64,000 nt of DNA, from positions 1-64,000 of the IMG/VR virus record IMGVR_UViG_3300036715_003906; one strand, 5' to 3'. Position numbers and translations under genes: made by a program. The notes under the pieces are model-generated. The model did no database searches and had not been told where the DNA came from. It saw nothing but the letters and a program-made list of their open reading frames with translations. Below, piece after piece: positions 54,781 to 64,000 of the stretch. Positions within the stretch are counted from its first letter, which is position 1. Each line of letters opens with the position of its first letter.

Positions 54781-57700
54781 TTCGTGTCCGTGGGGCGGTA
54801 GCCGTAGCGGTTACGGGAGCGGGACGTCATCCCCTCGATCCGGGGGGGCCGCGGGCGGCTGAGGACCGGGAGCCATTGGGGCCGCTGCCCGGGGCTGGCC
54901 GTGTCCCCGGCGAGGAGGCCGTTCGTCTTCGGGTAGAAGCGCCGCTTGAGGGTCGCGCCGAGGAGGGGACCGGAGGCGAGCCACCGGGTCCGGCCAAGGT
55001 ACTTCCACCGCTCCTCGACATCCACGCCGCCGTTGACCGTCACGTTGCGCAGCTCGACGCCGTCGGGGTCGAGGAGCTGGATCGTCGGGTCCGGGTAGCC
55101 GAGCGTGAGGAGGAAGACGTCTTCCCGGGGCGCGAGGAAGAGGTCACCCGCCAGATAGTCCGTTGCCGGCCGCGGGAGGAAGGGCGTGCTCAGGGTCACC
55201 GTGGCCTGGTTCACGCCCGCCGACCAGTTGACGTCGAGGACCTGGACCATGGCTTCCGGCTGGACCGCGCCCGAGAGGGCAACAGTGTTGTAGCGGAAGA
55301 CGAGCTGGCAGCCGGGGGTGATGTAGTTGGTGTCGTTCGTCCCCCCGTTGTCCAGCGTGAGGACATTGTTGCTGACGCTCGTGACCGTCGTGTTGATCAG
55401 TTGCCGCTCGGGGGGGAGCTGGTTGGTCCCGGTCGCCTGCGTCGGGGTGCCGTCGAAGTAGGTGGTAACCGACACGCTCACCATCCACCGGCCAAGTGCT
55501 CCGTTCCACCGGACCACGACGTTGCGGATACGGCACGGGGACAGGTTCGAGTTGGCGCTGAGGGCGCCGTCCCCGGGCGTCTGCCCCGGCTGCAAGCCTT
55601 GGAAATCCGAGTAGCCCCGGAGCACCTGGCTCTGCCCCACCTGCCGGAGCTGGCTGTCGTAGAGGGCGTAGCGGAGCCCCGTGCTCGACGGGGACCCGTC
55701 CGTGGCCCAGACCACGAGCAGGTGCTGCCCGTTCCACCCGAGCGAGGAGATGAGGTGCGTCGACCCCGCCGAGACCGGCACCACTCGCGACGCCTGGAGA
55801 GCCCGCTTGTCGAAGGCCACCAGGCTGATCGCGTTGCTGCTCCCGGTCGAGTCGTTGCCGATGAGGGCCACGTACTGGCCGGTCTCCGCCATGTGAGCGA
55901 TGCCGTAGACCCGGCCGATCCGGGCGAGGTCCGTGGCCGTCCGCCCGAGCTGCCGGCTGACGACGGGCGAGGGGATGAGGGCGTCGTCGATGACGTTCTC
56001 CCCGTCTCCCGTTGCGTTCGGATCGCCCTTGCCCTCGTTGACGATCTGACCGTAGATCCCGATCTTGTCCTTGCCGGAGGTCGAAGGAAAGCCCTCCTCG
56101 ACCAAGATGGCGTGCAGGTCGGGCAAGACCGAGAGCACCCGGAGTGTCCCCGGCACGCTCGTCACCGTGGCGTCATAGGTAGCCCGCGCGAGGCGGAGGG
56201 TGTCCCCCACCTTGACCCGCGGCATCGGGCGGAAGGCAAAGCCCTCGGTCGCCTGAGCCCCGGAGATGTGCAGGGCCCGGTCGGTGGTGAGGGTCGTCGA
56301 GGTCACCTGACGCGCCACGTAGATCTGCTTGTTCCCCGAGGGCCCGAAGAGTACGAGGCTCCCTTCCGTGAGGCCCAGGGTCGTCCAGTTGGTGGCCCCG
56401 GGCGCCACGATGGAGGTGCCCGAGGTCCCCGCGCCGCTCGTCACCGTGGCCACCGTCCGGCCCGCGAAGGAGATCAGCGTCGGGTCCGAGTCGTTGGGCG
56501 CGAGCAGCATGAGGGGCTGATCGGAGAGGTACGACTCCGCCGCGTGGGAGACCACCACGTTGGATGGGCTCCCCACGCCGTCCTCCCGGAGCGTGGCCAC
56601 CATGAGGTGGTCGGCCTTGATCCCGCTCTCCGAGGTGCCGCCGCTCCGCCAGGAGACCACGTACCGCTGACCGTCCCAGATGACATGGGGCGACCCGATG
56701 TTGACCCGCTGCGCGCCGATGGCCGGGCTGACCTCCAGCACGTAGGTCTTGGCCCCCGGCGGGAGCTTGGGCTTGTGGAGCGTGTAGCTGAAGGTCGTGC
56801 TGGGGAGCCAGCGGTCGAGGAAGAGGGACGTCGTGCTGACCGACGTCACCCGGTAGCGCCCGATGGCCGTGCCCGTCGTGACGATGAGGATGTCCCCCGC
56901 CGCCGCCATCCCGGCGAAGTTCACGCCCGTGGTCGCCGTCACGACCCCGTACTTGTAATCCTGGTCGAAGGTCTGCCCCAGGTAGCCGGCCGCGCTCGTT
57001 CCGTTCCCCGACCCGTAGTAGGGGGCGGGCTCGCACTCGTAGACGTGGCCGCTGCCGTGGACCCCGGCCGAGAAGATCGTGACCGCCACCATCGCCCCGG
57101 TGCTGTTCGTGCCCGAGACGTTCGTGTCCCTCCCGAGCGTCCAGGCCGCCGCGTAGGTCCGGCCCGAGGTGGCCAGGTCGACCGCCCCGACCGAGTAGCC
57201 GGTCCCGACGCGGGCCTGGATCTCCTGCGCCACCCGGGCCTGCCCCATGACGTCGTAGAGATTGACCGTCTCCGACATCGGCTGCCCGGGCTGATCGGCC
57301 CCGGGGAAGAAGGAGAAGCGCAGGACGGGCGTGCGGCTCGACAGGGTCGCGGTCTCCCACCACACGGCCGCATAGTTCGACCCGTCCCACACGACGCGGG
57401 GAGCCGCGGCGAGGTTCGGGTACACCTCCCGGCCCACGCCGCTGACGATGCCCGAGTAGAACTCCTGGGCAAAGGGGGCATCCTGGAAGTACCAGGGGGG
57501 GCTCGTCTGGGTCTGGAGCCGGCTCCGCGGACCCTCGATCCGCACCGGGTCGAGCCCGAGGGGATCGGAATAGACGGCGAAGACCCCGTGGCCGAAGTTC
57601 TCGAAGGCATTGATCCCCGAGAAGGTCCCGAGGGCCAGGGCGTCAAACCCGTTCTGCCGGCCGGCGAACACGAAGCACGCCCGGTGACCGTCCGTGGCAA

Positions 57701-60700
57701 AGAAGCCCTGGCTGCCCGTGGGCGTCCCGTGCCGCGTCCAGACGAGGTTCTGGCTCCGCAACGTGAGGGGCGAAGCCACACCCGCCACCAGGGCCGTCCG
57801 GGGGTTGCCCTCGACCTTCATGTCCCGGAGACCGTTGTGGTAGGGCCCAAAGCTCTGCCGCAGGACCGAGACCCGGTTGGTGACCGAGGCCGTCGAGGTG
57901 TTGCCACCCGCCACCTCACGGTCGACCGCCGCGTAGCCCGTCTCACCCCAGGCCAGGGCGATGAGCGAGCACTCCTGCTGGGCCACGTAGCTCGTGCCCT
58001 TGCTCCGGCCCACCGCAGGGCCACGGAAGCCGATGTCGGCCCGGTGCCGGGCGTCGGCGGGGGCGTCGTAGTTGATCGCCGCCGGGAAGGGGAAGCCCGA
58101 GGTGACCCAGGCCCCATCGACGAAGCGGTCCGACCCTCCCGTGCGGTTCATGAGCGTCGTGGCGGGAGGGATCGCAAGGAGGGCCGCGTCGTCCCCCAGC
58201 TCCTCGGCGAAGGTGATGTAGGAAGCGGAAGCCAAGACCTCGCCATCGAGCGTCACCCGGAAGCCCGGGTGCTTCGGCCCCTTCGAGGAGTTGGCGGACT
58301 TGATCCACACCCACTCGATGTTGGTCGTCGTCGTGCTCGACCCGAGGTTGAGGAGCCCCGCGTCCGTCCCCGTGAGGGTGACCGCGTGGGGCGCCAGGAT
58401 GTCCGCCACCGCCGCCACCGTGTTGGTGTCCGGGAAGTAAATGAGGTCGCCGAAGTCGAGGGTGGGACGGCCCACGCCCTGGTTGGACGCCTGGGCGTAG
58501 CTCGTCCCGTCGCCAAAGTAGACCGTGGCGTCCCGCAGGGTGACGATCCCGGTGTTGCCCACCGTATAGGTACCGACGAAGGACCGGATCTCGTGCTTGC
58601 TGGGCGAGGCGACCACGAAGTCCTCCCCGTTCCAGGTGACGTCCGGCAGGAGCGAGGGCGTCCGGCTCGTCGTCCACCGGTGCAGCCAGTTGCGGCACGC
58701 GACCTCGTCCGCCATCTGCTGCCCGTCCTTGCGGGTCCCGACGATGTCCCGGAAGTTCGGACGGGCCCCGATGAGGGTCCGCGTCCCGAGGGACCGGCGG
58801 ATCTGCGTCATCGGCCGGCCCTTGGCCTCGTCAAACTCCGGCATGTTCACGCCGATCGAGTCGCGCACCTCATCGAGCGGGGTGCCGTCCCAGCCAAGGA
58901 GGACCGCCGAGGTCGTGATGTGCTCACGGTGGGGCGCCTGGTAGTCCCGGAGGAACACGAAGGCGTCCGGCGGGAGGGGGGACCAGAGGATGCCGACCTC
59001 CCCCACCATGTAGTCCTTCGACAGCCGGCTCGTCGTGTTCATGTTCTGGTAGACCACGATGAAGCGGTCTTCCGCGGCCCCGAGGCGCACGTAGTCAGGC
59101 TCGTACTCCCCGAACTCGTAGGTCGAGGCCGAACCGGGAACCACGCCCCCGGCGAGGAGCAGCTTGGACAGCTCCGCCCCCCCGAGGCTCGTCGACCGGC
59201 GGCCCTCGACGTAGGTCCGCGGTGTCACCGCGAAGCGGAAGGGCCGGCCCACGAGGAGCAGGTACGCGGCCGAGGCGTCGTTGCTGGGGAAGGTCCCCAC
59301 GATGACCAGGCTGTGCGTGCTGATGGAGCCCGCCACCTCATACTCCCCGAGGTTGGGCCCAGAGAGGATGAAGATCTTGTCCCCCACTGCCACCCCCGCG
59401 GTGATGAAGTTGACCGAAGCGTCGCTGAGCGCACTACCTCCCGCGGTCGTGACGCCCGTCGTGCTGGTGGCCAGGACGTGGGTCGTGAAGGTCGGGTAGG
59501 GCTGCCCGTCCCGGCAGGACTTGATCCGGGGCCGCGAGGGGTTCGCGCTGTCGAAGTCGTAGACGATGCCGTCGTCTCCGTAGCTCGGAAGCTCGGCCAG
59601 GTTGAGCGTCGTCGGGGCATCGCCGAGGTAGCTCGTCACGTAGGTCGAGGGCAGGGGCACCCCGAGGTACATGAACTTCGACCCCGCCACGACACCCTTG
59701 GCGCCGAAGCTCCCGACGCCCGCGTCGGTCAGGTAGGAGTGGCCCGGGTCGGGGCTCGCGACCCCGGTGACCGTCCACTTGCCCGTCGTCCCGAAGAGGA
59801 TCGAGTGCGTCCGCACCGACCAGGCCGACTGGAAGCCCGTGCCCTGGCTGTCGAGCACCGCGTCCGTGGACGAGACCACGCCTGCCGTCCCGACCGAATC
59901 CGTCCGCACCGCCACCACGTTCACCGAAGGCGTCGTGGCCTGCCCGTAGACCCGGGCGATGGAGGACGTGTAGCTGCCCGGCGTGACGCTCGAATAAGCC
60001 CAGACGGTCACCAGGTACTCGGGGCTCCCCGTGGCCTCCCCGTGGACCGCGATGCTCGGGTGGTTCGACCAGGTGATCCCGGTCACCACGGCCACCGACG
60101 AGGCCCACCGCTTGACCACCGCGGGGACCGGCTGCGTGCCCTGGGGCGCCGAGGCGGTCGGCTCCGCGGGCTCCACCACCCGGATGGCCTGCATGTAGAC
60201 CTGCGGCCCCGTGTCCGGGCCCACCGTCTTCTCCTCGACCCACACGACGTAGTATTCGTTCGTGCCGATCGAGTGGACCACCCGGGGGTAGTGCCCCGTC
60301 GTGTGGTCCTGGCTGTTCGGCGAGGAGGAGCTGAACAGGTGCGTCGCCGACCCCTTGATCTCCACCCCGAGGCCGGAGAAGCGCGGCGTACCGTCCAGCC
60401 CCACCTCGTTGAACCAGAGGGAGTGCGTCGTCAGGTCCGCCGTCACCGTCCCCCACACCCGCCGCACCGGGTTCCAGGCCACGTCCACGCCCTCGATGCG
60501 CGTCGTCGGCTCGTAGTAGAAGTCCGTGATGTCGTTGGCTTGCCACACGCCCCGCGGCGTGTTGGGCCCGAACACGAAGGCCGTGCCCGTCGCCTTGACG
60601 ATCGTGGCGTCGCCCTCCCCTTCCACCGTGACTCCGGGCGGGACATGCACCGGGGACACGAGCTGGTGCGTCCCCCGGCGGAGGTGAACCACGCTGAACT

Positions 60701-62288
60701 GACCCTCCTCGAGCTTGTCGAAGAGGGAGGTGAGGGCGTTGTTGCCGTACCGACCTCCGTTGACCCCCCCGATGGTCGTGGTGGCGTTGTAGAGCCCGGG
60801 CGCCGTGGGGGGCGCCGAGGAGTCCCCGAGCGTGATCGCCGTGCGGTCCCCGACCTCGACCTCGTGCGCCGAAAGGGGGTCCGTGGGCGTGCCGACCTGG
60901 CGGGCGAGCATCTTCCAGACCCGCTGGCCCGTGGGGGTCGAGGCCGATCCGTAGTAGGAGAAATACCGATCCCGAGCCGACCCCGCCGTGGGGTCCATGG
61001 TGCCGAAGCGCAACGTGGCCCGGTAGTCCTCCGAGGTGTCCCGGACGTCCACAAAGAGGTCATTGGTGCTTCCCGTCGAGCCGATGAGCCACGCGGGCTT
61101 CGCCGGGTTCGTCGAGTAGCGAATGCGACCAGGAGACCGGGGCAAGCCGGGGAGCCCCCGCGTCGCCCACAGCCCCTGGGCCACGCCCGATGTCAGGCTG
61201 AGGTCCACGGCCCAGAAGACCGCGTACAGGTTGAGGCGGCCCGTCGTGGCGTTCACGCACCCCGTCGTGGGCTTGATCTTCGTCCCGGCCTGCGGGGCGC
61301 AGGAGAAGCGGATGACGCCGGCCCGGTAGTCGATCGTCTGCCGCTGGTCGGCCACCGGAATCGCCGGGTCGAGGAGGACGCTCGGGCTCAGGATGGGCGA
61401 GGTGAGGTCCGGGCCCGTCCCCGTGCCGTCATCGGGGTAGAGAACGATCCGGTAGCCGAGCTTGGTCGCCGCCGCCCTCGGGGCAGGCGAGGGGAAGACG
61501 GCGTCCGCACGGTCGACCGACGGGTCTTGCGTGTAGCCGGGGCCCACCAGGTCCATCACGCGGTCGGCGTTGATCTGGTCGATCGTGGGGTTCGACATCC
61601 CGTGAAGCGCCGAGCCCGGGAGAACCGCAAGGAAGGACTGCTCTCGCCCGACGGGCCCCGAACCGGGAACCGCGAAGAGCTGCACCGCCGCCGGCCGCAC
61701 GATGACGTAGCTGTACTCGTTCCCGTCCACGTTCCACAGGACCGGGCCGGCCCCGTTCAAGGGGTTCGTGATGTGCGAGCACCGGAGCTGGTTCGGACCG
61801 AGCACCGTCTGAACCACCGCCGTCCCGAAGGCGTTGAGGGAGCCCGAGGGGGAGACCAGGGGCTGATCCTGAACGATGATGAGGTCCCCGCTCTGAACCC
61901 CCATGGCCACGAAGTCCACCGCGGGGTCATGGGTCCCCCAGACGACCGACGTGACGGCCGCACCCCGCAAGTCGTCGAGGACGGGCGTGGGACCGTACCA
62001 TTGGACGCTCTCCGCCACGAGGGGCGCCGTCGCCGTGGTCGACCCGAGCAGGGTCCCCGGCGCCGGGGGCGGCACGACGCCGTACACGGCCTCGTTCGAC
62101 AGGGCAGGGCCCGTCAGGAAGCGCTCCGCATTCGGGTCCCCACGGCCCACCACACCCTCGGGGCTGAGGGCGGAGTCGCCCACCGTGAGCGCCTTGCCTC
62201 CGGCAGAGGTGTCCGCACGGCGGAGAGCCTCCAGCTCCAGGCGGGTCAGGTTGGAGAGCGTGCTCGTCGGGCTATAGGTTCCGGCCAT
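54777..62288 (-). CDS. giant tail fibre/receptor-binding protein
   Basis: 2503 aa, Thr/Gly/Ser-rich; beta-helix entry VHLRRGTH.L...V.V..GVTVEGEG; WDG/WNG propeller-like repeats; SD GAGG. Confidence 0.7.
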   Translation of the reverse strand: MAGTYSPTSTLSNLTRLELEALRRADTSAGGKALTVGDSALSPEGVVGRGDPNAERFLTGPALSNEAVYGVVPPPAPGTLLGSTTATAPLVAESVQWYGPTPVLDDLRGAAVTSVVWGTHDPAVDFVAMGVQSGDLIIVQDQPLVSPSGSLNAFGTAVVQTVLGPNQLRCSHITNPLNGAGPVLWNVDGNEYSYVIVRPAAVQLFAVPGSGPVGREQSFLAVLPGSALHGMSNPTIDQINADRVMDLVGPGYTQDPSVDRADAVFPSPAPRAAATKLGYRIVLYPDDGTGTGPDLTSPILSPSVLLDPAIPVADQRQTIDYRAGVIRFSCAPQAGTKIKPTTGCVNATTGRLNLYAVFWAVDLSLTSGVAQGLWATRGLPGLPRSPGRIRYSTNPAKPAWLIGSTGSTNDLFVDVRDTSEDYRATLRFGTMDPTAGSARDRYFSYYGSASTPTGQRVWKMLARQVGTPTDPLSAHEVEVGDRTAITLGDSSAPPTAPGLYNATTTIGGVNGGRYGNNALTSLFDKLEEGQFSVVHLRRGTHQLVSPVHVPPGVTVEGEGDATIVKATGTAFVFGPNTPRGVWQANDITDFYYEPTTRIEGVDVAWNPVRRVWGTVTADLTTHSLWFNEVGLDGTPRFSGLGVEIKGSATHLFSSSSPNSQDHTTGHYPRVVHSIGTNEYYVVWVEEKTVGPDTGPQVYMQAIRVVEPAEPTASAPQGTQPVPAVVKRWASSVAVVTGITWSNHPSIAVHGEATGSPEYLVTVWAYSSVTPGSYTSSIARVYGQATTPSVNVVAVRTDSVGTAGVVSSTDAVLDSQGTGFQSAWSVRTHSILFGTTGKWTVTGVASPDPGHSYLTDAGVGSFGAKGVVAGSKFMYLGVPLPSTYVTSYLGDAPTTLNLAELPSYGDDGIVYDFDSANPSRPRIKSCRDGQPYPTFTTHVLATSTTGVTTAGGSALSDASVNFITAGVAVGDKIFILSGPNLGEYEVAGSISTHSLVIVGTFPSNDASAAYLLLVGRPFRFAVTPRTYVEGRRSTSLGGAELSKLLLAGGVVPGSASTYEFGEYEPDYVRLGAAEDRFIVVYQNMNTTSRLSKDYMVGEVGILWSPLPPDAFVFLRDYQAPHREHITTSAVLLGWDGTPLDEVRDSIGVNMPEFDEAKGRPMTQIRRSLGTRTLIGARPNFRDIVGTRKDGQQMADEVACRNWLHRWTTSRTPSLLPDVTWNGEDFVVASPSKHEIRSFVGTYTVGNTGIVTLRDATVYFGDGTSYAQASNQGVGRPTLDFGDLIYFPDTNTVAAVADILAPHAVTLTGTDAGLLNLGSSTTTTNIEWVWIKSANSSKGPKHPGFRVTLDGEVLASASYITFAEELGDDAALLAIPPATTLMNRTGGSDRFVDGAWVTSGFPFPAAINYDAPADARHRADIGFRGPAVGRSKGTSYVAQQECSLIALAWGETGYAAVDREVAGGNTSTASVTNRVSVLRQSFGPYHNGLRDMKVEGNPRTALVAGVASPLTLRSQNLVWTRHGTPTGSQGFFATDGHRACFVFAGRQNGFDALALGTFSGINAFENFGHGVFAVYSDPLGLDPVRIEGPRSRLQTQTSPPWYFQDAPFAQEFYSGIVSGVGREVYPNLAAAPRVVWDGSNYAAVWWETATLSSRTPVLRFSFFPGADQPGQPMSETVNLYDVMGQARVAQEIQARVGTGYSVGAVDLATSGRTYAAAWTLGRDTNVSGTNSTGAMVAVTIFSAGVHGSGHVYECEPAPYYGSGNGTSAAGYLGQTFDQDYKYGVVTATTGVNFAGMAAAGDILIVTTGTAIGRYRVTSVSTTSLFLDRWLPSTTFSYTLHKPKLPPGAKTYVLEVSPAIGAQRVNIGSPHVIWDGQRYVVSWRSGGTSESGIKADHLMVATLREDGVGSPSNVVVSHAAESYLSDQPLMLLAPNDSDPTLISFAGRTVATVTSGAGTSGTSIVAPGATNWTTLGLTEGSLVLFGPSGNKQIYVARQVTSTTLTTDRALHISGAQATEGFAFRPMPRVKVGDTLRLARATYDATVTSVPGTLRVLSVLPDLHAILVEEGFPSTSGKDKIGIYGQIVNEGKGDPNATGDGENVIDDALIPSPVVSRQLGRTATDLARIGRVYGIAHMAETGQYVALIGNDSTGSSNAISLVAFDKRALQASRVVPVSAGSTHLISSLGWNGQHLLVVWATDGSPSSTGLRYALYDSQLRQVGQSQVLRGYSDFQGLQPGQTPGDGALSANSNLSPCRIRNVVVRWNGALGRWMVSVSVTTYFDGTPTQATGTNQLPPERQLINTTVTSVSNNVLTLDNGGTNDTNYITPGCQLVFRYNTVALSGAVQPEAMVQVLDVNWSAGVNQATVTLSTPFLPRPATDYLAGDLFLAPREDVFLLTLGYPDPTIQLLDPDGVELRNVTVNGGVDVEERWKYLGRTRWLASGPLLGATLKRRFYPKTNGLLAGDTASPGQRPQWLPVLSRPRPPRIEGMTSRSRNRYGYRPTDTK

Positions 62289-62321
62289 GAATCCTCTGCT
62301 GTGTCTGCGGGGATAAAAGAC

Positions 62322-64000
62322 TCAGGGGGTGAGCCACTCGAACTCATTGACCCCAAGGGTCGTCCCGGGTCCTTTGATGAGCGTGAGGCGCAGGAAGAGG
62401 GGGAACACCAACCCGTAGTTGCCCGTCGGCGACGTCGTGTTGTAGCTCACAACGACGTCCGAGCCCGAGGTTGAAAGACCGGTCTGGCACCCGTGACCGT
62501 CCACCGTGGTGAGGTCAGGGTCGCCTTGGATGCGCCCGAGGTCAAGCCACCCCGTGACCCCGGGGACCTTGATCTCCAGGATCGCGCCCCCCGGATGATC
62601 CGCCACGGGGTCGCCTGTGAAGACGCCGAGCGAGGCAAAAGCCGATGCCGCGAGCCCGTTTACCCGGATCCGGCCCGTGTTCCGGGAGATGCCCGTGTCG
62701 AAGGCTCGGACGTACCGCCGCAGATGGTTCGCGGCATCCGCCGCCAGAACCGCCGCGTAGTTGGGCTGCCCCGTGGGACGGTAGACCGCAGCGGAGTAAT
62801 CCGTCGTCGGATAGACCACCTGGTTGCCGATGATTTGCAGGTCGTCACCCCCCGCCGTCAGCACCGCCGCGGAGTTGAAGTGGTCACCCCCCGCGGGGAT
62901 AACACCCACCGTGGCCACGCTGGCCGGGTAGGTCGAGACGTAGCGATACCGCTCGTCGACCATCGGCTCCAGGGTCGTGGTCGAGGCCGTGCTCCCCCCC
63001 GACTGGGGAAAGGAGTTGAAGAGCCAGGCGTGGTTGGTGTCCTCGTAGGAGGTCGCGACGTTCTGGTACGGCTTGCTCAGCTCCACGGTAAAGACCCCTA
63101 CGCCCTGCCCGCTCCGGGTGAAAGGCGTCGGGGAAGGAATCGTGACCGATCCGCTCGCAAACTGGCCCTGGTCTCCGGGCAGGGGCGCCGAGGATAGCGA
63201 GTAGAGGCTGCCCCCCGTCGGCTTGAGCTGCGTGTACGGGACGTCGAGGGCCGTCCCACCGAAGGTCGCAAAGTCGAACCGGATCGGCGGGTAATCCGTC
63301 GTGAAGCCCGTGGGGATGTCGGGGGGGCTGGCTGTCGTGCCCAGGTAAAAACTCCCATTAAAGAGGTTGTTCACCCGGAGGTCCACCGTCCACGACAAGC
63401 CCGCGCCCGAGTAGTGCTGGACCCCCGACGTCGCGATGAGGGTCGGGGACCCGTTGACCGTGACGTTGAAGAGCGCCCCAGACGGCGCCGTGCTCGACTG
63501 GGGGTCGACGAAGATGTTGTGCCGGTTGACCGTCTCGATGTCCCCCACGTCAAAGCTCCCCGCGATCGGAACCGCCGAGTACACGTTGGCCGCCACCATG
63601 TTCCCCGAGGTCAGGTTGACCGGCTGGATGGCGCTCAGGCTGACCGCGAAGGTCTCCCGCCAGTGGACGAGGAGGTACGAGCCGTTGTCCCCGTTCGACA
63701 GGGGGCGGCTCATGGCGAACGACGCGAGCTGGTAGCGGAAGAAGTCGATCCCGTAGTCGGCGTAGATCCCCGCGTAGGCCGAGTAATCCTTGAGGTTCGG
63801 GAGCCGGTGGGTGAGCGCGAAGATGTCGAGCCCGCCCCCTCCCGTGTGGTCGGCCTGGGCCCCCGTGCGGCTCGATTCCAGGAAGTTTGCGCTGGGCAAG
63901 CCCGCCGGGGGCGCCGCGGAGCCCAGCCACACGGCCCCGACGAGCGTCGTGTGGCTGCTGTCGAAGTAGTCGCTCGTCGTGGTCGTCCGGTAGAGGGCGA
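62322..64000 (-). CDS. virion structural protein, 5' end outside the window
   Basis: Frame open to 63998; E...DE.YR, R.YVRAF, GWLDL.R motifs typical of large-phage tail proteins. Confidence 0.6.
   Translation of the reverse strand, partial: ALYRTTTTSDYFDSSHTTLVGAVWLGSAAPPAGLPSANFLESSRTGAQADHTGGGGLDIFALTHRLPNLKDYSAYAGIYADYGIDFFRYQLASFAMSRPLSNGDNGSYLLVHWRETFAVSLSAIQPVNLTSGNMVAANVYSAVPIAGSFDVGDIETVNRHNIFVDPQSSTAPSGALFNVTVNGSPTLIATSGVQHYSGAGLSWTVDLRVNNLFNGSFYLGTTASPPDIPTGFTTDYPPIRFDFATFGGTALDVPYTQLKPTGGSLYSLSSAPLPGDQGQFASGSVTIPSPTPFTRSGQGVGVFTVELSKPYQNVATSYEDTNHAWLFNSFPQSGGSTASTTTLEPMVDERYRYVSTYPASVATVGVIPAGGDHFNSAAVLTAGGDDLQIIGNQVVYPTTDYSAAVYRPTGQPNYAAVLAADAANHLRRYVRAFDTGISRNTGRIRVNGLAASAFASLGVFTGDPVADHPGGAILEIKVPGVTGWLDLGRIQGDPDLTTVDGHGCQTGLSTSGSDVVVSYNTTSPTGNYGLVFPLFLRLTLIKGPGTTLGVNEFEWLTP

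Noticed and set aside
54705-62474. 2589-aa plus-strand ORF and other long antisense ORFs (e.g. 6790-9030, 22652-25123, 34212-35990)
   Set aside because: Shadow frames of GC3-biased minus-strand genes, with Arg/Gly/Pro-rich nonsense composition and no motifs.
1-64000. Stop-codon reassignment, tRNA or rRNA genes
   Set aside because: Long conserved genes are intact in code 11 and end in TGA, TAA or TAG. No cloverleaf or rRNA-like segment was recognised by eye.

Overview
This 64 kb window is part of a large, very GC-rich tailed-phage genome. The host is probably a myxobacterium (Polyangiaceae/Sorangium-like), inferred from a host-style Gly-rich lipoprotein and WDG/WNG-repeat proteins. Almost all long genes are on the minus strand. 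Virion/tail genes lie at 49.8-64 kb and a candidate lysis cassette at 48-49.5 kb. The replication block at 37-45.5 kb has an SNF2 helicase, a DnaC-like protein, DnaB, a primase Zn-finger and a family A DNA polymerase. A DUF2997/DUF1257/Ycf46-type AAA trio lies at 34-36.5 kb. Other genes include thyA, DHFR, a 5'-nucleotidase, a MazG-like protein, a C-N hydrolase, ClpX, two DNA methyltransferases, two HNH nucleases, an intein-split DUF1848 Fe-S protein, topoisomerase IB and zincin/LPD1 'polyvalent' proteins. Two features stand out beyond the gene list. (1) A short peptide signature, R-L-[AVL]-x-R-[YAF]-x(1-4)-A, is shared by about eight otherwise unrelated late-type proteins and is a candidate capsid-loading or maturation-cleavage tag. 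(2) Transcription appears tiered and largely leaderless. Fifteen copies of a TTGATT-N17-TAGTAC-N4-ATG cassette lie in front of small accessory genes, and about 18 GGTGTA elements lie ahead of DNA-metabolism genes. Five starts read AGG exactly where ATG is expected. The sequence also shows probable T>G miscalls, frameshifts and gene fragments joined end to end, so some oddities may be assembly artefacts. No tRNA, rRNA or CRISPR array was recognised. Family assignments come from motif recognition by eye, not from database searches.
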